Made by a program: the position numbers and the translations under genes | Source: Candidatus Multivorans sp. | Lineage (GTDB): Bacteria; Acidobacteriota; Thermoanaerobaculia; Multivoradales; Multivoraceae | Length of the DNA: 64,000 nt | NCBI GenBank assembly: GCA_965247095.1 | Contig: OZ251997.1 | Span: forward strand, 3,072,001 to 3,136,000 | Direction: 5' to 3' | The notes under the pieces: generated by a model | The model's input: the letters and a program-made list of their open reading frames with translations, nothing else | Databases searched by the model: none | Told to the model about the DNA's origin: nothing | Shown: positions 55,037 through 64,000 of the stretch, in pieces | Layout of the letters: every line of letters begins with the position of its first letter | Position numbering within the stretch: the stretch's first letter is position 1

Positions 55037-55990
55037 CTATGCCCGCTCGCCCGCGTCGTCAATCGGCCCGCCAGTCACCAGACGCGCCTCGACCGGGACG
55101 GCGGGATAGAGGTTGCCGCGATCGCCTGCCACGAAGGCGTAGACGCGGATCCCGGCCAGATGGGCGATGTCCAGCGCCAGACTGGACGGCGCTCCAACGG
55201 CGGCAATCAGTGGCACGCCGGCGACCGCCGCCTTCTGGACGATCTCGAAGCCGAGGCGTCCGCTGACCGCCAGGATCGTCGAGTCCAAGGGCAGCCGGCC
55301 GGCCTGAAGCGCCCGGCCGACGACCTTGTCGGCCGCGTTGTGGCGGCCGATGTCCTCGTAGAGCCACAGCAGCTCGGCGCGCTGGTCGTCGACTTCGAAC
55401 AGGGCGGCTGCGTGAACGCCGCCGGTGTCGTCGAACAGTTCCTGGCGACCCCTCATCGCGGCCGGCAGTTCCCGGACGAGCGAGCGTTCACGGTCCGGCG
55501 CCAGGTCGAGCGGCCGGATCGCCGGCAGCCGCACCCACAGGTCCTCGAGCGAGGGCTTGCCGCAGACGCCGCAGGCGCTCGTGACGCGGAACGCGCGTTC
55601 GCGCTTGCCGGCATCTTTCCGTTGGCCGGTCCGCCGGCGTCCTGCCGCCGAGAGCCGGATGTCGACGATCGAGCCGGGGACCAGGGTCGGCTCGTCGTCG
55701 GCCGGAACCGCTGGCTGCCCGTCGGAGCGGGTGGCGGCGCCGGCGGCGACGTCGGCCACGTCCGCGGCGTCTTCGATCCAACCCTCGGCGTACAGGTATC
55801 CCAGGGCCAGTTCCACCTCGGCGCCCGGGCTGCGCATGGTGATGACGAGGGGTTCTCCGTCGACCCGGATCTCCAGCGGCGCCTCGACCGCCACCAGGTC
55901 GCATCGCACATCGCCCTCGCCGCGCTCGACCAGGGCCTCACGGGCCGCGGCGCGTCCGGCCCCGTCAGCCGCCGGGCGGTCAGCCGCCAT
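55037..55990 (-). CDS. fdhD: Formate dehydrogenase accessory sulfurtransferase
   Basis: VEAPLEI, TMRSPG, SACGVCG, TGGVHAA, EDIGRHNAADK. Confidence 0.94.
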   Translation of the reverse strand: MAADRPAADGAGRAAAREALVERGEGDVRCDLVAVEAPLEIRVDGEPLVITMRSPGAEVELALGYLYAEGWIEDAADVADVAAGAATRSDGQPAVPADDEPTLVPGSIVDIRLSAAGRRRTGQRKDAGKRERAFRVTSACGVCGKPSLEDLWVRLPAIRPLDLAPDRERSLVRELPAAMRGRQELFDDTGGVHAAALFEVDDQRAELLWLYEDIGRHNAADKVVGRALQAGRLPLDSTILAVSGRLGFEIVQKAAVAGVPLIAAVGAPSSLALDIAHLAGIRVYAFVAGDRGNLYPAVPVEARLVTGGPIDDAGERA

Positions 55991-58196
55991 GTGCGGCGCC
56001 CGCCCGTTCGATCCGCACCCGCACGCCGTATTCGGGCTCGCCCGAATCGGGGTCCAGCGACCAAGGCAGCAACTCCATGCACTCCGGCCAGTGCGCCTCG
56101 ACGTTGCCCGCCTTGATCGGTTGGAAGCGCGCCACCAGTTCGATCTGCGACACGGGAGACGAGACGACCACGCGGTCGCCGTCCGCGATCCCCCGGATAC
56201 GACCGTCCTCGGCGTTCATCAGCAGGTCGGAACGTTCGAGCCCTGTCAGGGCATCGCGCCCGTGATGGACCATCGAGTTGAACTGGCGGCCCCGGCGGGT
56301 CGAAAGAAAGAGCTCGCCATCCTCGAGACCGCGCTCCGCGGGCGGTTCGACGGCGTGGAAGCCGGCTCGGCCCGAGGGGGTCGCGAAGCGTCCATCCTCG
56401 AACAGGCGAGGACCGCCCCACTGGAACTGGTCGCCCTTCCGCTTCAGGTGCTCGATGCCGGCGTAGCGCGGTTCGGCGCGTGCGATCTCGTCGCGGATTG
56501 CTGCCGTGTCCGCGAAGTCGAGGGCGCCTCGCGGCTCGGGCCGGACCCTGGAGACGATCTCGCACAGCACCTCCCACTCCGGGCGGCATTCGCCCAGCCG
56601 CCGCGCCTCGGCGCCCCCGTAGTCGATCGGCGGCGAGTAGACGATCCGCCTCTCCGTCGTCGTCTCCGTCACGCCTCCGGGGATCTCGTAGCGGGTCGTC
56701 GCCGGCAGCAGAAGCACGGTGTCGCTCGGCTCGACCAGCATCGCGCCGTTGAGCACGATGTCCTGGTGGATCCGGAGCCTGGGCCGGTGCAGCGCACGCT
56801 CGATCCGTTCCCGGTCGGGCGTCGTTTCCAGGAAGTTGCCGCCGAGTAGCCAGAACGCGTCGATGTCTCCGGCCGCCGCCGCGGCGATCTGGCCGGTCGC
56901 GGCCAGTCCGGGACCGCGCGGGGGCTCGAAACCCCAGACACCGGCCCAACGGTCGAGCGTCTGCGCTTCGGTCACCGGCGCGCAGCCGACCTCGGAACCG
57001 CCCTGGACGCCGGAATGGCCGCGGATCGGAACCAGGCCCGCGCCGGGACGGCCCGGGAGGCCGCGCATCAGGCCGAGGTTGCAGATCGAGAGCACGGTGT
57101 CGACGCCGTGGCGGTGCTGGGTCAGCCCCATCGACCAGACCAGGATCGTCTTCGGCTTGGAGCAGAGAAGTGCCGCGAAACGCTCCATCTCGGCGCGCGA
57201 GGCGCCGCTCGAGCTCTCGAGCTCGGACCAGGCGGTTCCTCTCAGCGCCGCCTCGACCTCGGCGAAGCCCTCGGTGGAGCGTTCGACGAAACCGCGCGCG
57301 ACGCCTCCGGGCAGATCGAGCAGGGCCTTCATCGTGCCGTTCAGGAAGGCGAGGTCGCCGCCGGTGTCGACCGCGAACCAGTGCTGCGCCAGGTCGGTGC
57401 CGAACAGGGCGCTCGAAGGGACCGACGGCACCCAGTAGCGCTTGAGGCCGGGCTCGCGATACGGGTTGACGACCGCGATCTCGGCGCCCCGGCGGCGCGC
57501 GAAGTGGAGATACTTGATCGTCACCGGCTGGTTGTTCGGCACGTTCGAGCCGAAGAACACGATCAGGTCCGCGTCGAGCCAGTCGCGGTAGGAGTTGGTC
57601 GCGGCGCCGAATCCCAGCGCGCGATGCAACGCCACCGTGGAGGCGGCGTGGCAGAGGCGGGCAGCGGTGTCTACGTGGGGCGTACCGAGGAAGCGGGCGG
57701 CCTTCTGCGCCACGTAGTACGTCTCGTTGGGAATGCCGCGCGAGGTCAGGAAGAAGGCCGCCCGCGTGGGGTCGCGCTGCCGGACTTCCGCGAGCCTGGA
57801 CGCCGCGATGTCGGTCGCCTCGGGCCAGCCGATCCGCCGGAACCCTGGCTCTCCGGCCCGTCGCAGCATCGGGTGAGCGAGGCGTCCCAGACCGCGCAGC
57901 GCCGTCGAGCCGCGAGCGGCGAGAGCGTCGGCGTCGGCGAGGACGGCCGGGTCGAGGGCCGGCATCGTGTTCAGCCGCAGCAGATCGAGACGCACCATGC
58001 ACAGGTGGACTCCGTCCAGTGTCCAGTCGCGCAAACCCGAAGTGCCCAGCGCGCAGCCGTCGCAGACCCCGTCGCGCAGGATGCGCCACGCGTAGCCGGC
58101 CTCATCCCGGTTCCGCCACGCCACCTTCCCCATCTCCAGGAAGTGGTGCGGCTTGGTTTGCCCCAGGCCGAAGGGGATCCTGGAACCGGGGCTCAC
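55980..58196 (-). CDS. FdhF/YdeP-family molybdopterin oxidoreductase
   Basis: GVCDGCALG, ARLCHAAS (Cys ligand), PIRGHSGVQG, STRRGRQFNS. Confidence 0.92.
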   Translation of the reverse strand: MSPGSRIPFGLGQTKPHHFLEMGKVAWRNRDEAGYAWRILRDGVCDGCALGTSGLRDWTLDGVHLCMVRLDLLRLNTMPALDPAVLADADALAARGSTALRGLGRLAHPMLRRAGEPGFRRIGWPEATDIAASRLAEVRQRDPTRAAFFLTSRGIPNETYYVAQKAARFLGTPHVDTAARLCHAASTVALHRALGFGAATNSYRDWLDADLIVFFGSNVPNNQPVTIKYLHFARRRGAEIAVVNPYREPGLKRYWVPSVPSSALFGTDLAQHWFAVDTGGDLAFLNGTMKALLDLPGGVARGFVERSTEGFAEVEAALRGTAWSELESSSGASRAEMERFAALLCSKPKTILVWSMGLTQHRHGVDTVLSICNLGLMRGLPGRPGAGLVPIRGHSGVQGGSEVGCAPVTEAQTLDRWAGVWGFEPPRGPGLAATGQIAAAAAGDIDAFWLLGGNFLETTPDRERIERALHRPRLRIHQDIVLNGAMLVEPSDTVLLLPATTRYEIPGGVTETTTERRIVYSPPIDYGGAEARRLGECRPEWEVLCEIVSRVRPEPRGALDFADTAAIRDEIARAEPRYAGIEHLKRKGDQFQWGGPRLFEDGRFATPSGRAGFHAVEPPAERGLEDGELFLSTRRGRQFNSMVHHGRDALTGLERSDLLMNAEDGRIRGIADGDRVVVSSPVSQIELVARFQPIKAGNVEAHWPECMELLPWSLDPDSGEPEYGVRVRIERAGAAHGG

Positions 58197-58256
58197 GGGT
58201 CGATCATAGATGAGCGCTTTCGGTTTAGGCTCCGCCGATAGAGTCCAACGTGTCGA

Positions 58257-60083
58257 ATGGCGCTCAAGAACTTGCTCAAGCCACTGCTTTTTCTGCCTGC
58301 CGCGGCCACGCTCTCGGCGGTCATCCTGCTGGGCGTCTCACCGACGGCGGTGGCACAGGGCCGCCGCGCGGCTGCCGCGGCTGTTGAGACATCGCCTGCC
58401 TTCGGCCCGGAGAACTTCGCCGCCGCGGTCGATCCTCGAACCGACGGCTGGGACACCGAGGCGCTCAGCGAGCAGGCCGAGGCGCAGCTCAAGCGCGTCG
58501 CGGTGTGGCTTGTGGGCGGCGCGGCCGCGGTGTCGCCGGGTGCGTTGGATGAAGTGGTTGACGAGACGTTCGAGACCCGGGGCTTCGTCCCCGATGAGTT
58601 GATCGAGCGCTACTCCGGTCCGGCTTTCACCGTGACTACCGGCCACCCTGACCGCGCAGCCTATCGGGGCGGCGAGGGCTTCCTGGAGGCGCTTCGCGCG
58701 TTGGGCGAGCGCCTGGCTGGCAACGGACCGCCGCGGGCCGACTTCAAGCTCTTCACGATCGACGGAGGCGCGTCGGGCTTCACCACCCGCTCCTACTTCG
58801 AGGCGTCGGTCTCCGGTGCCGCGCGCCACCGCCAGTTGAACGCGGTCTGGACGACGACCTGGACGTTGGCTGAGGACGGCGCGGGCGAGCCGCTCCTGCG
58901 CACGGTCGAGGTCGGCGACTACGAGGAGACTTCCGCGGCCGGAGGGGCCCTGTTCGTCGACGTCACCGAAGCCGCCGTCGGTCACAACCCGAGCTACCGG
59001 GAACAACTGCTGCAGCCGCCGGACGCCTGGCTCAACCGGATCACCAAGGCGGCTGGCTACAACAAGACGGGATGGCAGGGCGTGTCCGTCGCCGACGTCA
59101 ACGGCGACGGACTGGACGACATCTTCCTGCCCGAGCAGGGCGGACTGCCGAACCGCCTCTACGTTCAGAAGCCGAACGGCACGTTCGACGACCGTTCGGC
59201 CGCGGCGGCGGTCGACTACCTGGAACGCGCCCTCGCCGGGCTGTTCGTCGATCTCGACAACGACGGCGACCCGGACCTGGTGCTCTCCAGCCGGCCGGCG
59301 GTCCTGGTGCTCGAGAACGACGGCGACGGCGGTTTCGCCCGGGTGCGCCACATCGCGGGCGACATTCCCGACAGCAACTCGCTGTCTGCGGCCGACTACG
59401 ACGGCGACGGCGACCTCGACCTCTACGTCTGCGCCTACCGCCGCGCCTACGACGAGCGCGGGGTGGCGAGCCCGGTGCCGTACCACGACGCGAACAACGG
59501 CGGCCGCAACGTGCTGCTGCGCAACGACGGCGGGTTCCGGTTCGTCGACGCGACGGCCGCGGCGGGGCTCGACCGCAACAACCGCCGCTTCAGTCTGGCG
59601 GCGTCCTGGGAGGACTACGACGGCGACGGCGACGCGGACCTCTACGTGGCGAACGACTACGGCCGCAACAACCTGTACCGCAACGGCGGCGGCTCGTTCG
59701 TCGACGTGGCGGGGGATGCCGGAGTCGAGGACATCTCCTCCGGCATGTCGGTGAGTTGGGCCGACTACAACCGCGACGGCCGCATGGATGTCTACGTCGG
59801 CAACATGTTCTCGGCCGCCGGCAACCGGATCACCTACCAGCGGAAGTTCGAGCGCGACCGGCAGCGCGCCGGTCCGCTGGCGGAGGTCCAGCGGATGGCG
59901 CGCGGCAACTCGCTGTTCGCGGGCACAGGCGGGGGAGGGTTCGTCGACCGGAGCGTCCAGGCCGACGTGACGATGGGCCGGTGGTCGTGGTCGTCGGTGT
60001 TCGCCGACATCAACAACGATGGCTGGGAGGATCTGGTCGTAGCCAACGGCAACCTGACCCAGATCCTCCCGGACGATCTGTGA
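58257..60083 (+). CDS. FG-GAP/VCBS (CRTAC1-like) repeat protein; N-terminal part of a predicted read-through selenoprotein 58257-62555
   Basis: Signal peptide; six DxDxDGxxD-type repeats; ends at TGA 60081-60083 that is in frame with the next ORF. Confidence 0.85.
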   Translation: MALKNLLKPLLFLPAAATLSAVILLGVSPTAVAQGRRAAAAAVETSPAFGPENFAAAVDPRTDGWDTEALSEQAEAQLKRVAVWLVGGAAAVSPGALDEVVDETFETRGFVPDELIERYSGPAFTVTTGHPDRAAYRGGEGFLEALRALGERLAGNGPPRADFKLFTIDGGASGFTTRSYFEASVSGAARHRQLNAVWTTTWTLAEDGAGEPLLRTVEVGDYEETSAAGGALFVDVTEAAVGHNPSYREQLLQPPDAWLNRITKAAGYNKTGWQGVSVADVNGDGLDDIFLPEQGGLPNRLYVQKPNGTFDDRSAAAAVDYLERALAGLFVDLDNDGDPDLVLSSRPAVLVLENDGDGGFARVRHIAGDIPDSNSLSAADYDGDGDLDLYVCAYRRAYDERGVASPVPYHDANNGGRNVLLRNDGGFRFVDATAAAGLDRNNRRFSLAASWEDYDGDGDADLYVANDYGRNNLYRNGGGSFVDVAGDAGVEDISSGMSVSWADYNRDGRMDVYVGNMFSAAGNRITYQRKFERDRQRAGPLAEVQRMARGNSLFAGTGGGGFVDRSVQADVTMGRWSWSSVFADINNDGWEDLVVANGNLTQILPDDL

Positions 60084-60121
60084 AGCTTCTTCTGGCGGCA
60101 GGTCGTGCCGCGTGCGCCCAG
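60081..60121 (+). promoter_or_regulatory. In-frame UGA plus putative bacterial SECIS element
   Basis: TGA-AGCTTCTTCTG-GCGGCA-GGTCG-TGCCGC: perfect 6-bp stem with G-led loop starting 18 nt after UGA; resembles E. coli fdhF GCAGGUC apical loop. Confidence 0.72.
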
Positions 60122-62555
60122 AGCCCTCGATGACGGCGCGCCCGATGACCGCTCGTTGGCGCCGTATCTCGAATCCCTGCGCGCGCTCCACGAGCGGCTG
60201 GACGAGGGGTTGTCCTTCAGCGGCAACGAACGGAACTGCGTCTTCCTGAACCCCGGCCGGGCGGGCGGCGCCTTCGCCAACGCCTCGGCGGTGAGCGGCC
60301 TGGACTTTCCGGACGACGGCCGCGGCGTCGCCTTCCTCGACCTGGAGGGCGACGGCGACCTGGATGTGGCGATCAGCAACCGAACCGCGCCCCGGCTGCG
60401 GCTGATGCGCAACGAGCTGCCCTCGGGCGACCGCTTCGTCGCGCTGCACCTCGAAGGCGACGGCACCGGCACCAACCGCGACGCGGTCGGCGCCCGGGTC
60501 GAGCTTGAGACGACAGAAGGCGCCTTGCGGCGCTCGGTGCGCGCCGGCGAGGGCTTCCTCTCCCAGTCCAGCCGCTGGCTGCACTTCGGCCTCGGCGACG
60601 CCGAACCGACGGGTACGGCGATCGTTCACTGGCCGGGCGCCGGCCGGGAGACGTTCGGCGGCATCGCGGCCGGCGGCCGCTACCGGATTGTCCAGGGCAG
60701 CGGCCGGGCGGCGCCGGCGCCGGTGCGCAGGCGGCAGTCAGCCCTCGAACCGGGCGAGCAGCAGCCCCCGGCGCCGACCACGGGCGCCCGGGTCGTGCTG
60801 GCGCCGCGGCCGCCTTCGCCGCAGCTCTCGATGCGACCCTTCGGCGCCGCGGAGACGCTGCCGATCGCGATCGGACGGGGTCGGCCGGTGCTGCTCAACA
60901 TCTGGGCGAGCTGGTGCGCTCCCTGCCGGTCAGAGCTGCTCGACCTGACGCGGGAGGAGGACGCGCTACGCGCCGCCGGGCTCGAGATCGCGGCGCTGTC
61001 GACCGACGGACTGGGCGACGTGCCGACCACGACCGAGGAGTCGGCCCGGAAGTTCATGGACGAGGTCGGCTTCCCGTTCTCTAGCGGGATGGCGACCGAA
61101 GAGACCCTCGACAAGGTCGAGATCGTCAAGCGCTCGCTGTTCGACCGCCGCTTCCCGCTGTCGCTGCCGTTCTCCATGCTGATCGACGGCGAGGGCCGGG
61201 TCGCCGTTCTCTACCGTGGCGGTGTGACCGCCGGCGATCTTCTGGCCGACCTCGAACTGCTCGACGCGCCGCGCTCCACGCTGCGGGCGGCCTCCGCGCC
61301 GATTGCCGGCCGCTGGTTCACCGAGCCGCCGGACGAGGTGTCGCTGGCCAGCTACGCGCGCTGGTTCGAGGATCGGTTCCCCGCGGAATCCGTGGACCTC
61401 CTGCAACGGTCGGTGGAGGTGGAACAGGCGCGGCTGGACGGCAGCCGGGCGGACGGCGGTGGGAGAGCCTCGTTCGAGCAGCGCGGTGCGCGGGACCGGC
61501 TGTTCAAGTCGCTCCAGCGGTTGGCGGTGATCGAGAGCCGGCGCGGAGACAACCGGGCCGCCGTCCGTCACGCGCGCGCCGCACTGGACCTCGAACCGGA
61601 CGATCCGGGTGCGCGGATGGCCTACCAGAACGCCCTGGTGGACGCCGGCGACGTGGACCAGGTACGTGCCGAGGCGGAGGCGGCGCTGGCCGCGGATCCC
61701 GGCAATGTCGCGGCGCGGGTGCGCTTGGCCGAACTCCTGGACAGCGAAGGGCTAACGGAGGCCGCGGCAGATGAACTCGGTCGCGCCGTGGAGCAGAGCC
61801 CCGACGACGTAGAACTCCGCTATCTCTACGGCCAGTTGCTCGGCAAGCTGGACCGGCTGCCTTTGGCGATGGAGCAGTTCGCTGCGGTCGTCGACCGCGA
61901 TCCGCGCCACGTCGAGGCGCACCGGATCCTGGCCGTCGCGGCGGTCCGCAGCGGCTACCCGGAGGCGGCTGGGGCCCACTACCGTGCGATCCTCGCGGTG
62001 GCGCCCAGGGATGTCGACGCTCTCTACGGCGCCGCCCAGGTTGCGGCGGGGTCGGGCCGTCTGGAGGAAGCGGTGGAGGGATACCGGTCGCTTCTGGAGC
62101 ACGACCCCAATCACGCTGCCGGCCGCCACGAACTCGGGTTGACTCTTCTGCGTAGCGGACCCGAGGGCGCTATGGAGGGCACGGATCACCTGCGGCGCGC
62201 GTACGTTGAGGACGAGCGCCTGCTCGCACGGGGCAACGACCTCGCCTGGACCCTGGCAACCGATCGCGACAGCCGCCGCCGGGACGGCCAGCTCGCTCTG
62301 ATCATCGCGCTCGAGCTGAACGCAGTCGCCGGCGGCGAAGAGCCGGCCCTGCTCGAGACCCTGGCCGCAGCCCAGGCCGAGACCGGCGACTTCGACGCTG
62401 CGGTGCGAACGATCGAGACCGCCCTGGAGGCCATCCGCGGCGCGTCGGGGCGGCGGCAGGCCGCGCCGGCGTACCGGGAGCGGCTGCTTGAGCTTCTGAA
62501 CCGGAGACTGGAGCAGTACCGGCAGGGCATTCCGGTGCGGTCGGGCCGGCCATGA
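60105..62555 (+). CDS. ASPIC/UnbV + TlpA-like thioredoxin (WCAPC) + TPR protein; C-terminal part of the predicted selenoprotein
   Basis: SFSGNERN, seventh FG-GAP repeat DLEGDGDLD, NRDAVGARV..GEGFLSQSSRWLHFGLG, NIWASWCAPC, TPRs, NDLAWTLAT. Confidence 0.85.
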   Translation: MPRAPRALDDGAPDDRSLAPYLESLRALHERLDEGLSFSGNERNCVFLNPGRAGGAFANASAVSGLDFPDDGRGVAFLDLEGDGDLDVAISNRTAPRLRLMRNELPSGDRFVALHLEGDGTGTNRDAVGARVELETTEGALRRSVRAGEGFLSQSSRWLHFGLGDAEPTGTAIVHWPGAGRETFGGIAAGGRYRIVQGSGRAAPAPVRRRQSALEPGEQQPPAPTTGARVVLAPRPPSPQLSMRPFGAAETLPIAIGRGRPVLLNIWASWCAPCRSELLDLTREEDALRAAGLEIAALSTDGLGDVPTTTEESARKFMDEVGFPFSSGMATEETLDKVEIVKRSLFDRRFPLSLPFSMLIDGEGRVAVLYRGGVTAGDLLADLELLDAPRSTLRAASAPIAGRWFTEPPDEVSLASYARWFEDRFPAESVDLLQRSVEVEQARLDGSRADGGGRASFEQRGARDRLFKSLQRLAVIESRRGDNRAAVRHARAALDLEPDDPGARMAYQNALVDAGDVDQVRAEAEAALAADPGNVAARVRLAELLDSEGLTEAAADELGRAVEQSPDDVELRYLYGQLLGKLDRLPLAMEQFAAVVDRDPRHVEAHRILAVAAVRSGYPEAAGAHYRAILAVAPRDVDALYGAAQVAAGSGRLEEAVEGYRSLLEHDPNHAAGRHELGLTLLRSGPEGAMEGTDHLRRAYVEDERLLARGNDLAWTLATDRDSRRRDGQLALIIALELNAVAGGEEPALLETLAAAQAETGDFDAAVRTIETALEAIRGASGRRQAAPAYRERLLELLNRRLEQYRQGIPVRSGRP

Positions 62556-62604
62556 ACCGCGCGCGGTACAGTCACGAAACCGGGCCACTACAGGAGTCAA
62601 GATC

Positions 62605-62850
62605 ATGAACTCGATCGACACACTGGCGACGTTTTTCGGCTGGTGTACGGCGGTCAATGTCGGATTGTTGCTCCTGGCCATGGTGGTTTTCAGTGTGTTT
62701 CGCGACATCTTCGCCACCATCACTGCGAAGATGTTCGGTGTGACCAAGGAAGAAGCGGCGGTAACCTTCTTCCGCGTGTTTCAGCAATATCGACTCGCAG
62801 TGGTGGTCCTGAATGTCGTTCCCTATATCGCCCTGAAGATGATGTCCTGA
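62605..62850 (+). CDS. Small membrane protein (DUF6868-like)
   Basis: Good RBS (CAGGAG); FFGWCTAVN..LLL, NVVPYIALK pattern. Confidence 0.7.
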   Translation: MNSIDTLATFFGWCTAVNVGLLLLAMVVFSVFRDIFATITAKMFGVTKEEAAVTFFRVFQQYRLAVVVLNVVPYIALKMMS

Positions 62851-63262
62851 TCCAGGCCTGCCAGCGCCACGTCACCCCCGACTCGTTCACGTCGATCGGC
62901 AGCACGACGCTGCCCGCGCGCTGCGCTTCGCGGACCAGGGCCGCCGGGATTGCGAGTCGCCTGCTGGTCCTGTTCCCGATTGTCCTTCTAGTAGGCGGCG
63001 CGAACAGCGCGCAGGGTTGCGAACGCTACGGGGCGCCGTTCTTTCGAGGTACCGGCGGATTCGTGGCGAAGCCGGAAGGCGGTCACTCCCTGGAAGTCAG
63101 CATCGAGCGCGACGGCACGGCTGTACGAGAAACCCTGTTCCCGCGGTCCGACGGCTTGGTCGTCCAACTCTTGACCGATTCCCTGTGTGCCGGTGCGGAT
63201 GGTGATCCGGTGGAGTGTCAAGTTTCATTCACGGACATCGGGGATGACGGTTGGTACTGGGT

Positions 63263-64000
63263 CATTGCTGTCCCACAAACTTCAGAGTAGAGCGAGTTGA
63301 GTTCGCGTGTTGTTCGGGTCGGGTGGTCCGCTCGGAGGTTCGAAGAGGTCCAGCAGCGATCTTCGGTCGAACAGGTTGAGTTGCAGAAGGCGCAGGATCC
63401 GGCTCATGCTCCAGGACATCTTGTTGACGAACTTCAGGTAGGCGAGCAGGAGATGGACGCACACGGCGATCCAGATCTGCGTCATGACCGCGTTGGGCGA
63501 GGCGCCGACGAAACTCTTGATGCGCAGGTTCTGTTTGATCCACTTGAAGAAGAGCTCGACCTGCCAGCGCGCCTTGTAGATGTCCGCGATGGTCTTCGGG
63601 GCGAGGCTGAAGTTGTTGGTCAGGAACTTGTAGTGCCGGCCCGTCTCCGGGTCGCGATAGCCGACCCGACGCAACGGAATCGGGCACCGCTTGCGCCCCT
63701 TGACGCTGGTCAGCTCGATGGTCTGGTCCGACGTCACGCCCCGGCCGCGAGCGAACGAGCGCCGCTCCCGAACCGCGTACTTGACCTTGCGCTTCAGGCG
63801 GGTGACCAGGAAAACCCCTTGTGCATCAAGGTCCTTTAGCCATCCGAAGTCGAGGTACAGACGGTCCGCCGCCACGATGCTCCCCTTCGGAAGACGAAGC
63901 GACCGGGCCACCTCGAGGTCCGAGCCCTTGCCGTCGGTGACGTGCAGGAACGACGGCAGACAGCCCTCGTGGTCGAGACCCACGTGCAGCTTCAACGCAC
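63263..64000 (-). mobile_element. IS4-family insertion sequence, one end (partial)
   Basis: Terminal CATTGCTGTCCCA at 63263 just downstream of the transposase stop. Confidence 0.85.
63282..64000 (-). CDS. IS4-family DDE transposase (5' part outside window)
   Basis: KLHVGLD, AADRLY, FLTNN, YKARWQVELFFKWIKQNL (YREK motif). Confidence 0.95.
   Translation of the reverse strand, partial: ALKLHVGLDHEGCLPSFLHVTDGKGSDLEVARSLRLPKGSIVAADRLYLDFGWLKDLDAQGVFLVTRLKRKVKYAVRERRSFARGRGVTSDQTIELTSVKGRKRCPIPLRRVGYRDPETGRHYKFLTNNFSLAPKTIADIYKARWQVELFFKWIKQNLRIKSFVGASPNAVMTQIWIAVCVHLLLAYLKFVNKMSWSMSRILRLLQLNLFDRRSLLDLFEPPSGPPDPNNTRTQLALL

Noticed and set aside
55980-58196. Selenocysteine in the FdhF/YdeP enzyme
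   Set aside because: Ligand position is Cys (ARLCH); ORF has no in-frame TGA
59090-60370. Recurrent GACxxCGACGGCGAC-type repeats as a possible CRISPR or DNA repeat array
   Set aside because: They encode FG-GAP DxDxDG motifs; degenerate and irregularly spaced. No CRISPR array or cas gene seen in the window

Overview
High-GC bacterial chromosomal window. The gene content (two Oar-like TonB-dependent receptors with carboxypeptidase-regulatory N-termini, a sulfatase-TPR protein, an FG-GAP/ASPIC-UnbV protein) suggests Acidobacteriota. A sterol C24-methyltransferase remnant suggests a eukaryote (e.g. sponge) associate; both assignments are inference. Core content: an ilvE-ilvB-ilvH-ilvC-leuA-leuC-leuD-leuB operon with an unannotated Leu/Val/Ile leader-peptide attenuator, cimA, gcvP, gdh, fdhD plus a YdeP/FdhF-type molybdoenzyme, a metY/homocysteine-methyltransferase cluster, an ECF sigma-VWA pair, a two-component system, FKBP, uppP, an MNT-HEPN pair, a SWIM-SNF2 helicase and an IS4 element at the right edge. 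Top findings: (1) ORFs 58257-60083 and 60105-62555 are in one frame, separated by a single TGA (DDL*SFFWRQVV) followed by an fdhF-like SECIS hairpin. This predicts one ~1432-aa exported FG-GAP/ASPIC-thioredoxin-TPR selenoprotein. (2) A bacterial ERG6/SMT-type sterol methyltransferase broken by an internal deletion. (3) A Tat-lipoprotein class III aminotransferase divergent from a TonB receptor locus. (4) A window-wide pattern of genes collapsed by internal deletions.
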